From Acidobacteriota bacterium (GTDB lineage: Bacteria > Acidobacteriota > Terriglobia > Versatilivoradales > Versatilivoraceae): DNA of 64,000 nucleotides. The notes under the pieces were generated by a model. It was not told the origin of the DNA, ran no database searches, and was given only the letters and a program-made list of their open reading frames with translations. Location of the stretch: contig JAJECY010000247.1 in NCBI GenBank assembly GCA_022821775.1, forward strand, positions 2,368 through 66,367, in the 5' to 3' direction. Numbering within the stretch: position 1 is the first letter of the stretch; every line of letters begins with the position of its first letter. Positions 17,960 through 28,226 of this stretch are shown piece by piece. The position numbers and the translations under genes are program-made.

Positions 17960-18841
17960 TCAGACGGCCTTGGCGATTCTCTCCTGCAGGGCCGCCGATT
18001 TCTCCATCTGCTTCATGAAGTCGATGGTCCCGGTGAGAGCGGTCCTCCAGTCGGGCTTGCAGGGAACGCTGTCGAGTGAAATGTAGCCCGAGAAGTTCAT
18101 GGCATTGAGGGTCCGCACCACATCCAGAAAGTCGATGTGACCGGTCCCGGGCGTCTGGCGGTTGTTGTCGGCCAGGTGGATGTGCATGAGCCGGTCGCCG
18201 GCCGCCCGCAGGGCGTCGGTCAAGGGACCGTCCTCCATGTTCACGTGGAAGAAATCGGCCAGGACTCCCAGGTTGGGGGCGTCGATCTCGTCCACGATCC
18301 CCTTGCCTTCAACCAGGCTGTTGAGGAAACCGGCGTACCCTTCGAAGCGGTTGATGGGCTCGATGGCGATATCGACGTTCCGCTCGGCCGCATACTCGGT
18401 GATCTCCCGGGTGGACTCGATGAAGTTGGCCCGCAGCAGGTGGATCGGCGTCTTGGTTACCGGGTATTCGGACTGGGCCGGCGAGGCCACGATCTCGAAG
18501 ACGGGAGGCTCCTCGAAGGTGGCCGCCAGGTCCACGCTCTTCTTGGCATAGTCCACCCCGTGACGCCGCTCCGATTCGTCGGTGGAGGCCAGGTCCCGGA
18601 CCTCCCCAGCGTGCCAGGGCGCCCAGGCGCCGATCAGGGCCGGAACTTTCAGGCCCAGCGAGAAGGCCAGTTCCTTTACCTCGTTGAACAGGCCGGCATC
18701 GATGCGGTCCGGCTCGGCATCCAGGTCCACCCCGTCATAGCCGGCTTCGGCCACCGCTTCCAGCACCTCCCGGGGCTTCTCCCAGACATTGCCGCCGGTG
18801 GACGCCAGTGTGCATAGAATCACCGAGTACTTGTGCCCCAT
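17960..18841 (-). CDS. sugar phosphate isomerase/epimerase (xylose-isomerase-like TIM barrel)
   Basis: 293 aa with blocks typical of AP endonuclease 2 / xylose isomerase-like TIM barrels (DGVDLDAEP..., IAIEPINRFE, HIHLADNNRQTPGTGHIDF). Confidence 0.82.
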   Translation of the reverse strand: MGHKYSVILCTLASTGGNVWEKPREVLEAVAEAGYDGVDLDAEPDRIDAGLFNEVKELAFSLGLKVPALIGAWAPWHAGEVRDLASTDESERRHGVDYAKKSVDLAATFEEPPVFEIVASPAQSEYPVTKTPIHLLRANFIESTREITEYAAERNVDIAIEPINRFEGYAGFLNSLVEGKGIVDEIDAPNLGVLADFFHVNMEDGPLTDALRAAGDRLMHIHLADNNRQTPGTGHIDFLDVVRTLNAMNFSGYISLDSVPCKPDWRTALTGTIDFMKQMEKSAALQERIAKAV

Positions 18842-19147
18842 GGCTCAACCTCCGCTCGCTTCAGGTGGGTCCGTGACTTGTCCCCTCGACCTTCGCTCAC
18901 CGGATCTCCGGCCGCCACGGCAGTCTAATCGAAAGCCCGGCATCCTTCAAGGATTGGACAGGATTGCAGGAGAGCTCCCCGCTACCAAGGCCAGGCGGAT
19001 CTACCGGCAACTGCGCCTGGTTAGGAAGCGGGAAGGGGCTCATAGGGAAGAGACCCGTTGAGGGTGCGGCGGCGACCCAAGCTACGGATCCTGCTTGCCC
19101 TCCAGGGGGATTGCCTGTAGCCTGACTCATTGGAAACGGAGGAAAAC

Positions 19148-20014
19148 ATGCTGAGCCCAGAGCAGGTCCGCCAATACCACACCTACGGCTTTACCGTCTG
19201 CAACGGGTTCCTGCCGGAAGGGGAGGTCGACCGATTTCGAGAAGAAATCGACGGAATCTGCGCCGGGAACACCCTGGCGAGCCACGACAGCACCCTGATG
19301 GAAATGGAACCCGCCCAGACCCCTGAGGGAACCCGCGTGAGGCGGATCTACCAGCCCTGCCACCACTTTCCGGAATTCGGCCGCCTTTCGCATTCGGACA
19401 GGCTGCTGGACTGCGTGGAGCAGCTTCTGGGGCCCGATCTGCTGATCCAGTACAGCAAGATCAACATGAAGCCCGCCGACGTGGGCTCGGTGGTGGAGTG
19501 GCACCAGGACCTGTCGTACTATCCTCTGACCAACCGGGACTCGCTGGCGGTCCTTTTCTATCTGGACGACGCCAGCCAAAGCAACGGCTGCCTGAAGATC
19601 ATCCCGGGCCGGCACACCGGTCCCTTGCTGAGCCACACCCGGGACGGCCTCTTCCAGGGGCGGGTTACCGAACCCGTGGACGGCTCCGGGGCGGTGCCCG
19701 TGGAGGGCGGAGCCGGAACCGCCATCTTCATGCACTGCATGGCCCCCCATGCCTCGGCCCCCAACACCTCCTCCCACCAGCGGCGAACCCTCATACTCAG
19801 CTACCGGGCCGCCGACGCCTTCCGCATTTACGACGGCGAGAACACGGCCACCAGCGAGGTCTTTGTCCGCCTGGTCCGGGGGCGCCACCGCAGCGTGGCC
19901 CGTTTCACCATGGACGAGTTTCCCATCCCCACCTATCCGGGAAAGTTCGTCTCCCTCTACGACCTTCAGGACAAGTCCCGCCAATCGGAGGTCCAGCAGG
20001 AATCCGTTGGATAG
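19148..20014 (+). CDS. phytanoyl-CoA dioxygenase (PhyH) family Fe(II)/2OG oxygenase
   Basis: VEWHQDLSYYP (HxD) plus distal H. GGAGG lies 6 nt upstream of ATG 19148. The track start at 19130 is a TTG. Confidence 0.82.
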   Translation: MLSPEQVRQYHTYGFTVCNGFLPEGEVDRFREEIDGICAGNTLASHDSTLMEMEPAQTPEGTRVRRIYQPCHHFPEFGRLSHSDRLLDCVEQLLGPDLLIQYSKINMKPADVGSVVEWHQDLSYYPLTNRDSLAVLFYLDDASQSNGCLKIIPGRHTGPLLSHTRDGLFQGRVTEPVDGSGAVPVEGGAGTAIFMHCMAPHASAPNTSSHQRRTLILSYRAADAFRIYDGENTATSEVFVRLVRGRHRSVARFTMDEFPIPTYPGKFVSLYDLQDKSRQSEVQQESVG

Positions 20015-20023
20015 AAAAGAGCT

Positions 20024-20386
20024 TCAGAGAAACGCTTCCAGATACTTCAGGGGTTGAGGCGACAGCAGCAGTTGATCCAGGTGGTACTGCCAGCAGCACT
20101 CGGTGTCGGTGGACTCGAACTCCACCCGGCACCGCGAGCAGTGGACCAGGGCCACCCAGTGGTGGGGGTCGCTGCCGAAAAAGGCTTCGGCGAACTCTTC
20201 GGAAAGCAGAATCCGGTCGGGGTGGTTGAACAGCCAGCTCTTTCTGTCCAGCCGGGAGGCGTTGACCCGGACCGTTCCCTGGTGGAGGATCACCCCGTCG
20301 TAGCGGTAGCCCATGTCCCGAATGCCCAGCCACCCCTGGGCCACCGCCCGATCGACGGCCTTGATCAGGATCTCTCTTTCGGTCAT
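20024..20386 (-). CDS. hypothetical Cys-rich protein downstream of PSCyt-DUF1501 pair
   Basis: The track ORF 20024..20749 is trimmed to ATG 20386 (MTEREILIKAVDRA...). The C-terminus carries HCSRCRVEFESTDTECCWQYH. Same strand as the upstream DUF1501 gene, 68 nt away. Confidence 0.4.
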   Translation of the reverse strand: MTEREILIKAVDRAVAQGWLGIRDMGYRYDGVILHQGTVRVNASRLDRKSWLFNHPDRILLSEEFAEAFFGSDPHHWVALVHCSRCRVEFESTDTECCWQYHLDQLLLSPQPLKYLEAFL

Positions 20387-20454
20387 GACCTGCGTGGGGG
20401 ATCGCCCGGCGGGGAAAGAGGCAAGCCGGGGTCGGGTTCGGCCGGCCCGGCGGC

Positions 20455-21879
20455 TCACGCCATGACTTTTTGGGCGACCACGCCGTGGACATCGGTCAGG
20501 CGGAAGTCGCGGCCGCCGTGGCGGTAGGTCAGGGCTTCGTGATCCAGGCCGAGCAGGTGGAGGATGGTGGCATGCAGGTCGTGGATGTGCATGCGGTCCT
20601 CCACGGCGTGGTAGCCGAATTCGTCGGTGGCCCCGTAGATGGATCCCGGCTTGACCCCGCCGCCGGCCATCCACATGGTGTATCCGTAGGGGTTGTGGTC
20701 GCGGCCGTCGTGCTGGGCAAAGGGCGTGCGTCCGAACTCGCCTCCCCACACCACCAGCGTATCCTGCAACAGCCCGCGGGCCTTGAGGTCGGTCAACAGT
20801 CCGGCGATGGGCGTGTCCACCTCGCGGGCGTTCTGGGCGTGCAGCCGAGCCAGGTCGCTATGCTGGTCCCACTTGTAGCTGTGCCAGCAGCGCACCACCC
20901 GAACACCTTTCTCCACCAGTCTGCGGGCCAGCAGCAACTGCCAGCCGTAGTCATGGGTGCGCTTGTCGTCCAGACCGTAGAGCTTGCGGGTGGCTTCCGT
21001 TTCCCCCTTGATATCCAGGATCTCCGGGGCGTCCATCTGCATGCGGAAGGCCAGCTCGAACGATTGAATGCGAGCCTCCAGCTTGGGATCGTATTCGTTG
21101 TCCAGGGCGTTGCGCCGGTTGATCTTCTGCAGCATCTCCAGCTCGTAGCGCTGCTGCTCCGAGGTCAGGTTGCCGCTGGTCAGGTGCTCGATGGGGTTGT
21201 CCTGGATGTCCGGCACCTTGACGGTGTCGTTGCCGATGGGAGTCCCCTGATAGGCGCCCGGCAGAAAGCCGGAATGCCAGTTCCTGGCCCCGCCGTGGTA
21301 GTAGGAGGGCTTGATTTCAATGTAACCGGGCAGGTTCTGGTTCTCGGTTCCCAGGCCGTAGAAGATCCAGGAACCCATGCTGGGCAGGGTGAAGTTGAGC
21401 GTTCCGGTGTTGAGCTGGAGCAGGGCTGCCCCATGGTCCACGCCCTCGCCCACCATGGAGCGAATCACGCAGAGCTCGTCGGCGTGGGCTCCCACCTGTC
21501 GAAAGAGATCGCTGACCGGAATGCCGCTCTCACCATAGCAGCGGAAGGCGAAGGGCGACTTCATCAGTCCGCCCAGGTCCTCGGTAGAGAACTGGAGCGA
21601 CAGCTTGAAGGGGATGGGCTTGCCGTGGTCCTTCTCCAGCCGGGGCTTGGGGTCGAAGGTGTCGACCTGGGAAGGGCCGCCGTGCATGAACACGAAGATG
21701 ACCCGCTTGGCCCGGGGACTGAAGTGGGGAAGCCTGGGAGCGAGCGGATTGTGAGGCGCGGAGCCGGCCAGCAGGCCCGAGTCCTGAGCCAGCAGAGCCT
21801 GCAGTCCCAGGGCTCCGAATCCGCAGGCCGTTCGGCGCAGCATCGCCCGCCGCGAAATGGGTCGGGATGGCAGATTCAT
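20455..21879 (-). CDS. DUF1501 domain protein (TAT signal)
   Basis: ATG at 21879 gives MNLPSRPISRRAMLRRTACGFGALGL (twin-arginine). Conserved DUF1501 blocks (FMHGGPSQVDTFDPKP, WGGEFGRTP, GRDHNPYGYT). Confidence 0.9.
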   Translation of the reverse strand: MNLPSRPISRRAMLRRTACGFGALGLQALLAQDSGLLAGSAPHNPLAPRLPHFSPRAKRVIFVFMHGGPSQVDTFDPKPRLEKDHGKPIPFKLSLQFSTEDLGGLMKSPFAFRCYGESGIPVSDLFRQVGAHADELCVIRSMVGEGVDHGAALLQLNTGTLNFTLPSMGSWIFYGLGTENQNLPGYIEIKPSYYHGGARNWHSGFLPGAYQGTPIGNDTVKVPDIQDNPIEHLTSGNLTSEQQRYELEMLQKINRRNALDNEYDPKLEARIQSFELAFRMQMDAPEILDIKGETEATRKLYGLDDKRTHDYGWQLLLARRLVEKGVRVVRCWHSYKWDQHSDLARLHAQNAREVDTPIAGLLTDLKARGLLQDTLVVWGGEFGRTPFAQHDGRDHNPYGYTMWMAGGGVKPGSIYGATDEFGYHAVEDRMHIHDLHATILHLLGLDHEALTYRHGGRDFRLTDVHGVVAQKVMA

Positions 21880-21886
21880 GGTTCCC

Positions 21887-24697
21887 TCAGTTGACAAAGT
21901 TGAACTCGTTGGAGGTCATCAGAATCCGGCAGAGGCTCTGCCAGGCGTCCAGGCGGGAGTCGCCGTCCTTCCCCGAACCGGCCGGATAGTTCCGCAAGTA
22001 GGCGAGGGACTCCTCCACCTCCCGGGGCGTGGGCTGCCGGGTCAGGGTGATGAGATAGGCTCTGCGGACACGCCCGGAGTCCTCCTCATCGGCCGCCGTC
22101 AAATGCTTGGCCAGGGAGCGCGAGCGATCGGCCACGTTCTCGCTGTTCATCATGTAGAGCGCCTGGGTGGCGACGTTGCTCTCGGTCCTCCTTGCCGAGC
22201 TCGAGGAGCTGTTGGCGAAGTCGAACAGCTTCATCACGCCGGGAATCTTGTTGCGGATGACCGGAACGTAGAGGCTGCGCCGGCGGGTTTCGTTGGGATG
22301 AAAGGCCTGTTCCGGACCCTTCTGGGCATAGTCCATCTTCCGGGAGGCCAGCGTGCCGCCCAGGGTCAGGTCCAGGGAACCGTCCAGCGCCAGGAAGGAA
22401 TCCCGCATTTCTTCCACCGAGAGCCGGCGGCGGCGCGCTCGGGACCATAGCCGATTGTCCAGGTCCGACTCCCTGGTCCCGGGGGAGGCCTGGCTGCTCT
22501 GCTGCCAGGTGCTGGACAGCAGCAGCAACCGGTGCATGGCCTTGAGGGACCATCCGCTCTCGACCAATCGGCGCGCCAGGTAATCCATCAACCGCGGATG
22601 GGTGGGTCTCTCGCCGGTGGTGCCGTAGTTGTTGGGAGTGCGCACCAGGCCCTCGCCGAAGTGCCACTGCCAGATGCGGTTGACCATCACCCGGCTGGTC
22701 AGGGGATGGTCTGCTCGGGTCAGCCATTCGGCCAGCTCCCTGCGCCCGCTGCCCTGAGTGATGGGCGCCTGCCGGCTTCCGGCCAGCACCACCGGGAACT
22801 GCTTGGCCACCGGCTCACCCGGAGTCTGGTAGCTGCCGCGGACGAACACCTTCTGATCGACGGGTTCCCCCTCGGCCACGGCGGACGCCAGGGGCGGCTC
22901 GGGAGGCGAGGACTCCTCCAGACGCTCGACCTCTTTTCTCAGTTCGGCGATGCGGTCCCGGGTCTCCTTGGGCAGCAGCTCTTCCCTTTCCTCTTCCTGA
23001 ATCCCGAAGGGGCCGCTGTCCGCCTTGGTCCCCTCGGCCTTGGGAGGAGGACTGATCACCGAGTTGAAAAAGCGACCCTCCACGGTGATGAACTCGTCAA
23101 AGAAGTGCGGTTTCTTGCGGGGAGCCTTGCCCTCCCGGACCGCCTGTTCCACCTTCTGATTCCATTGCCGCAGGCGCTGGTGCCACTCTCCGGACAACCT
23201 GTCGAACAGATCCTGGTATTCCCCAGCCACCCTGGCGAGCTCGGAGGACTCGGCCCGGTGCCACTTCTCCAGGTAGGGACGAAAGGCGTTGCCCGGTTGG
23301 AGGTATTCGATCCAGCGCTGCAGCAGCTTCGGGTCCAGATCCCCCGCGTCCGCCACCTGCTTCAGGGACTCGCCTTGCAGGTAAACACGCCGGGCCGCCA
23401 GCATGTATTCGGCCAGCAGGGGATAGAGCTTTTCTTCGAGATTCCCGGCGACTCCTGTCAGCACCAGCGACTCGATCAGCGACTCCCGCCCCTTGATCTT
23501 GTCCTGATGGCTCTGGTAGCGCTGATGGACCTCCTTGGGAACCAGCGGCTCGAAGTAGAACTTGGACACGAAGGGCGGCTTCTTGTCGGGCGGTATGAGG
23601 ACGCCGAAGCTGCGGGTGCTGGCGAAGATGGAAGCCAGGGAGTAGTAGTCCTTGGTCGAAATCGGGTCGAACTTGTGGTCGTGGCAGCGAGCGCAGGCGA
23701 TGGTCAGTCCCAGAAAGGCCTTGGAGAGGGTGTCGATCTGCTCGTCCACCAGGTCGTAGACCATCTTGGTCTTGTCCTGCTGGGCGATGGCGCGGGGGCC
23801 GATCGCCAGAAACCCGGTCCCCAGCAGGGCCCGAACGTTGGGATGCCCCGGCCGGCCGGAGGGATAGAGGTCGCCGGCGATCTGGTCCTTCACGAAGCGA
23901 TCGTAGGGAAGGTCCCGATTGAAGCTGTCGACCACATAGTCCCGGTAGCGCCAGGCATAGGGCATGGTGATGTCTTCGTCCAGGCCGCTGGAATCGGCAT
24001 AGCGGGCGACGTCCAGCCAGTGGCGGCCCCAGCGTTCCCCGTAGCGGGGCGAGGCCAGCAGGCGGTCCACCAGGCGGGCAAAGGCCCCGGGAGCCTTGTC
24101 GCCGAGAAACTGCTCGATTTCCTCCTCCGTGGGCGGCAGGCCGTGCAGGTCGAACTTGGCCCGGCGGAGCAGCGTCAGCTTGCCGGCGCGGGGAGCCGGA
24201 TCCAGGCCCTTTTCCTCCAGTTTGCGCAGCACGAAGGCATCCACCGGCGTCCGAACCCAGCCCGGATCGCGCACTTCGGGCGCCTCGGGGTCGCCCAGGG
24301 CCTGAAACGACCACCAGGTGGAAATACCGTTGGAACCGTGAGGGTTTTCTTCCCAGTGAGCGCCCGCCTGGATCCATTCTCTCAGGACCTCCACTTCCTC
24401 CGCCGAGAGAGCGCCGCCCACCGGCATCTTCAACTCTCCAGTCTGGAGAACGGCCCGGTAGAGCAGGCTCTCTTCCGGATGCCCGGGAACAATTGCGGGA
24501 CCGCTGTCGCCGCCCTTCAGCAGAGTCTCCCGCTGGCGGAGATCCAGGCCCGAGATGCGCGTCTCCCCGTGGCAGGTCAGGCAATGCTGCTGCAGGACAG
24601 ACCGCGCTTTTTCAGGCAGCGGGGCCTCGGCCGACAGTCCCTGGACCGGGGCGCCGGACAAAATGAAGACAAGGATGGGAAGGGCTCTCGGATTCAA
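21887..24697 (-). CDS. PSCyt1 / DUF1549 / DUF1553 domain protein
   Basis: Signal peptide, CLTCHG haem motif, and RYGERWGRHWLDVARYADS (DUF1549). Collinear with the other two PSCyt proteins in the window. Immediately upstream of its DUF1501 partner. Confidence 0.9.
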   Translation of the reverse strand: MNPRALPILVFILSGAPVQGLSAEAPLPEKARSVLQQHCLTCHGETRISGLDLRQRETLLKGGDSGPAIVPGHPEESLLYRAVLQTGELKMPVGGALSAEEVEVLREWIQAGAHWEENPHGSNGISTWWSFQALGDPEAPEVRDPGWVRTPVDAFVLRKLEEKGLDPAPRAGKLTLLRRAKFDLHGLPPTEEEIEQFLGDKAPGAFARLVDRLLASPRYGERWGRHWLDVARYADSSGLDEDITMPYAWRYRDYVVDSFNRDLPYDRFVKDQIAGDLYPSGRPGHPNVRALLGTGFLAIGPRAIAQQDKTKMVYDLVDEQIDTLSKAFLGLTIACARCHDHKFDPISTKDYYSLASIFASTRSFGVLIPPDKKPPFVSKFYFEPLVPKEVHQRYQSHQDKIKGRESLIESLVLTGVAGNLEEKLYPLLAEYMLAARRVYLQGESLKQVADAGDLDPKLLQRWIEYLQPGNAFRPYLEKWHRAESSELARVAGEYQDLFDRLSGEWHQRLRQWNQKVEQAVREGKAPRKKPHFFDEFITVEGRFFNSVISPPPKAEGTKADSGPFGIQEEEREELLPKETRDRIAELRKEVERLEESSPPEPPLASAVAEGEPVDQKVFVRGSYQTPGEPVAKQFPVVLAGSRQAPITQGSGRRELAEWLTRADHPLTSRVMVNRIWQWHFGEGLVRTPNNYGTTGERPTHPRLMDYLARRLVESGWSLKAMHRLLLLSSTWQQSSQASPGTRESDLDNRLWSRARRRRLSVEEMRDSFLALDGSLDLTLGGTLASRKMDYAQKGPEQAFHPNETRRRSLYVPVIRNKIPGVMKLFDFANSSSSSARRTESNVATQALYMMNSENVADRSRSLAKHLTAADEEDSGRVRRAYLITLTRQPTPREVEESLAYLRNYPAGSGKDGDSRLDAWQSLCRILMTSNEFNFVN

Positions 24698-24813
24698 ACC
24701 AGGTCCCCGAAATTTTGGTCGGACTCGGGTCTATTTGCACCTAAGCAGGGGTTCATTCTAGCATAAGGGCAGGAAGCGGCCAGCGACCTTCCGATCCCCG
24801 GGTGAATTTTCCG

Positions 24814-25104
24814 ATGACTACCGACCAAGAGTCCGAACCCCGGCAATGGGTGATGGTATTCGAGACCACCGACGTCGCTCTTCTGATGGTGGTCAAGTCG
24901 GTGCTGCAGGATGCCGGCTTCGACTTTACCGTGCAGGGCGAGGAAGCCTCGACGTTGTTGCCGCTGGGTCCCTTCAGAGGGGGCCTGAACCACCACGGCT
25001 TCGGAGCCAGAATCCACGTCCCCGAAGACCAGGCCGCGGATGCCGAAGAAGTACTGGCCGTGCTGGACAACGAGCTGACGGACATTGACGGCAGCGAAAC
25101 GTGA
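24814..25104 (+). CDS. DUF2007-like putative signal-transducing small protein
   Basis: ATG at 24814 (MTTDQESEPRQWVMVFETTDVALLMVVKSVLQDAGFDFTVQGEE...), about 97 aa. The pattern is typical of DUF2007. Name is from memory. Confidence 0.5.
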   Translation: MTTDQESEPRQWVMVFETTDVALLMVVKSVLQDAGFDFTVQGEEASTLLPLGPFRGGLNHHGFGARIHVPEDQAADAEEVLAVLDNELTDIDGSET

Positions 25105-25240
25105 CCCGTAACCGGAATCCAGGGCGCCCGGACCGCTCGCGGCTGTCGGCGCCGACCCGCTCGAGCAGGGTCCCGATGGCCGGTGGAGCCATTGGCGGGG
25201 GCCGCTTCCACCGGCGCCCGGGAACCGAGGAGGTGCTCCT

Positions 25241-26344
25241 TTGATCGATTGGACTCAAATCGGCGAGTTCGCGACTCGCTATGCGGGTGCAGGCGCCAAA
25301 ATCGCCGGCCTGTTTCTGATGGCCTGGATCGCCTCTCGCATGATTCATCGCTACATCCCCAGGGTGCGCATGCGGCTGGTCAAAGTCATGCAGGCCCGCC
25401 GGCACGAGCCCGATCTCGAACTGGACAAACGGGCGGCCACGCTGGGGGGCATTTTCCGCAAGACGGTAGTGGTGTCGATCTGGGTGGTGGTTCTCATGAT
25501 GGCGCTGGAGGAAGCCGGCTTCAACGTGGGGCCGTTGCTGGCTGGCGCCGGGGTGGCGGGGCTGGCCGTCGGCTTCGGGGCTCAAAACCTGGTGCGGGAC
25601 GTGATTTCGGGACTGTTCATGCTGCTCGAGAACCAGGTCCGGGTCAACGACGTGGCCATCATCAACGGCACCGGGGGCCTGGTGGAGCAGATCAACCTGA
25701 GGACCACCGTGCTGCGAAGCCTGGACGGCACCGTTCACATCTTTCCCAACGGCACCATCAACACCTTGTCCAACATGACGCAAGAATACTCCTACTACGT
25801 CTTTAACATCGGCGTGGCCTACAAGGAGGATACCGACCATGTCTCGGCGGTGGTCAAGGAGCTGGCCGACGAAATGATGCAGGAGGAAACCTATCGATCG
25901 TTCATTCTGGCCCCGCTGGAAGTGATGGGGGTGGATGAGTTTGCCGACTCGGCCGTCATGATCAAGGCCCGCATCAGGACCGCGCCCATCAAGCAGTGGA
26001 TGGTGGGCCGGGAGATGAATCGCCGCATCAAGAAGAGGTTCGACGAGCTGGGCATCGAGATTCCCTTCCCCCACCGCTCACTCTACTTCGGCGAGGCCAG
26101 CAAGGCCTTCGCCACCCGCTCGGCCGGCGCCGATCCCGGCGAGATCAAGGCCATGATCCGCGAAGTGCTGCAGGAAAAGGGCTTGCAGTCCGGCGAGGTA
26201 GAGCCTCCAGCTCCGACAAGGGTGACTCCTGCCGCCCCGAAGCCGAAAGCTCGCCCGCAGCCGGCCAAGCCCGCCGCCGAACGACGCCCGCGCCGGCCGG
26301 CTCCCCTGGGAGAAAGCACGGCTGACTCCGAGGGTTACGAATGA
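25241..26344 (+). CDS. mechanosensitive ion channel (MscS) family protein
   Basis: TM helices plus a conserved MscS beta domain (NLVRDVISGLFMLLENQVRVNDVAI...VHIFPNGTI), with a low-complexity Pro/Ala/Lys C-terminal tail. Confidence 0.85.
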   Translation: MIDWTQIGEFATRYAGAGAKIAGLFLMAWIASRMIHRYIPRVRMRLVKVMQARRHEPDLELDKRAATLGGIFRKTVVVSIWVVVLMMALEEAGFNVGPLLAGAGVAGLAVGFGAQNLVRDVISGLFMLLENQVRVNDVAIINGTGGLVEQINLRTTVLRSLDGTVHIFPNGTINTLSNMTQEYSYYVFNIGVAYKEDTDHVSAVVKELADEMMQEETYRSFILAPLEVMGVDEFADSAVMIKARIRTAPIKQWMVGREMNRRIKKRFDELGIEIPFPHRSLYFGEASKAFATRSAGADPGEIKAMIREVLQEKGLQSGEVEPPAPTRVTPAAPKPKARPQPAKPAAERRPRRPAPLGESTADSEGYE

Positions 26345-27528
26345 TGGACGGCCAGCCCACAAACCGGGTAGTAACATTGGCCGACCGACCGAACTCATGC
26401 CTGTCCGCTTCAGGACTGCGGAGCCGTATTACCCACTCTTTGCGCAAACAAGGATTCCGGTTCCGATCGGGCGTTCTTGTCCCCCCAGATATCAAGGATA
26501 AGAGCAAGCTCAGGGTGCTTCATCGGGAAGCCGTCAAGCACAACGTGAGTCGCAGCCGACGTGGGCTCGAACGGTGCGAAGACCGGCTGCTTTCGTATAT
26601 CGCGTCTGGAGAAGACGTCATTCCCGACAGAATACGCCCCCGACTCGTCTTGGTACAGCCAGGCTCCGAGGACGAACTGCTGTTCCGGTACGCACGCCTG
26701 CACTGGAGCATCCCGGTGTCCGCCGGCTACGGTAGACGCTTGAGATTCGTAGTCTATGACGAATCGAATGGCAAATTGATCGGCATCTTCGGATTGGGAG
26801 ACCCCATCTTCGGCCTTGGCCCCCGCGACCGATGGATAGGATGGAGTCACAAAGCCAAGAAGAATCGGCTACAGTGCGTCATGGACCTCTTTGTGCTGGG
26901 AGCCATACCGCCCTATTCCCATCTTCTTTGCGGTAAGCTCGTCGCTCTGTTGGCGACTAGCCGAACCGTCCGGGAGGCGTTTCGACGCAAATATGGCGGC
27001 CGGCCTTCATATATCGGCCGCAAGCCATTGGACGGTCGCCTTGCCCTACTGACCACAACCTCTGCACTTGGTCGATCATCCTTGTACAACCGACTCCGAT
27101 ACAAGGATGATCTTGTCTTTCAAAGTGCGGGCTTCACACGCGGTTCGGGGGATTTTCACTTCAGCAATGGTTTTTTTGGCGACCTACGTCAGTTTGCGCT
27201 CAAACATTGCAATGCAACGGCTAAGCATACGCTGTGGGGTAAGGGTTTCCGAAATCGACGGGAGCTTGTGAGAAAGACGTTGCCACTGCTAGGTCTCCCG
27301 AAGGAGTTTCTATATCACGGTGTAAAGCGCGAAATATTCTTGGCACCGCTGGCCTCCAACACCGCAGCCTTTCTTTGCGGTGACGACCAACGACTCCAAT
27401 ACCGTGACCTTACCGAGGAAGACGTTTTCAGATGGTTCCGGGACCGATGGCTCCTGCCGCGAGCGGAACGTGACAAGAGCTACTTGGGCTTCGATTCTAA
27501 GGATTACCGGCTCTGGAGGTCGGAGTGA
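26341..27528 (+). CDS. uncharacterised 395-aa protein, first gene of the low-GC NurA/HerA island
   Basis: No motif I can assign. The start ATG overlaps the MscS stop (ATGA at 26341-26344). The stop overlaps the GTG start of the next gene (GTGA at 27525-27528). GC is lower than the flanks. Confidence 0.6.
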   Translation: MMDGQPTNRVVTLADRPNSCLSASGLRSRITHSLRKQGFRFRSGVLVPPDIKDKSKLRVLHREAVKHNVSRSRRGLERCEDRLLSYIASGEDVIPDRIRPRLVLVQPGSEDELLFRYARLHWSIPVSAGYGRRLRFVVYDESNGKLIGIFGLGDPIFGLGPRDRWIGWSHKAKKNRLQCVMDLFVLGAIPPYSHLLCGKLVALLATSRTVREAFRRKYGGRPSYIGRKPLDGRLALLTTTSALGRSSLYNRLRYKDDLVFQSAGFTRGSGDFHFSNGFFGDLRQFALKHCNATAKHTLWGKGFRNRRELVRKTLPLLGLPKEFLYHGVKREIFLAPLASNTAAFLCGDDQRLQYRDLTEEDVFRWFRDRWLLPRAERDKSYLGFDSKDYRLWRSE

Positions 27529-28214
27529 CTCAGAGGCCTTTGACTCACGATCAAACTCCATTCGCCGATCTCCCTGCAGCACTGGTTGACGAGGTCCTGG
27601 GTCAGACCTCCGCCGTCGCACAGGATCTTCTGACCTCTTTCAAAGAGGTCAGGAAGGATCGTGAAACACTTCGTGCCGAGCTTGCGAACTCCGGCTTGGT
27701 AGTAGCCGAATCCTCGCTGGGTTACCCGCCTCTGCCAACGACGTGCGGTGCGGACGGTTCGTATGCGATTGAGCGACTTCTGACGACGGATCTCGCTGCC
27801 GCAGCAGCGGTTGCAGTCGAGGGACTCACTCCCCCTTCTGAAAAGCGACACTGGGAGCTTCCCCGTCATCGGAGCTTCGTTGCCGCCGAGCCCCACGTCG
27901 AAGACACAGCCACCGTCCTTCGCGCGGTAATGCTGGGAGAAGAGTTGCACTTGGTGACGGCTGCCCCGCATGACCTATTGATGCTGGACGGTACGTTCAC
28001 CCTGCCAATCATTTATTTCAATCAGGCGCTCAACAAAGCCCCTGAAACTACCCAGCTACGCTGCGCCAAGAAGTTCCTCGATAACTGTTCGACCTACCTC
28101 GAAGCCTACCGGACCACCTTACAATCGGAACGTTCGGATAAGCACTTCGTGGCGCTTCCGAAGTATTCGACCCGGCGGGAAATCGGCAGTGAATTGGGTT
28201 GGCCCGAGAACTAA
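27525..28214 (+). CDS. nurA: NurA-like 5'-3' nuclease, N-terminal part (ends at an in-frame TAA)
   Basis: NurA motifs are present: GADGS (the DGS aspartate motif), then LGEELHL...LMLDGTF (Glu + second Asp-Gly motif). Ends at TAA 28212-28214. The reading frame continues in-frame into the next ORF. Confidence 0.6.
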   Translation: MTQRPLTHDQTPFADLPAALVDEVLGQTSAVAQDLLTSFKEVRKDRETLRAELANSGLVVAESSLGYPPLPTTCGADGSYAIERLLTTDLAAAAAVAVEGLTPPSEKRHWELPRHRSFVAAEPHVEDTATVLRAVMLGEELHLVTAAPHDLLMLDGTFTLPIIYFNQALNKAPETTQLRCAKKFLDNCSTYLEAYRTTLQSERSDKHFVALPKYSTRREIGSELGWPEN

Positions 28215-28226
28215 GACGACCGTGGG

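Noticed and set aside
24753-25211. Minus-strand ORFs 24694..25017 and 24753..25211 overlapping the DUF2007 gene
   Set aside because: Antisense shadows. The DUF2007-like plus-strand reading has a plausible ATG and coherent sequence.
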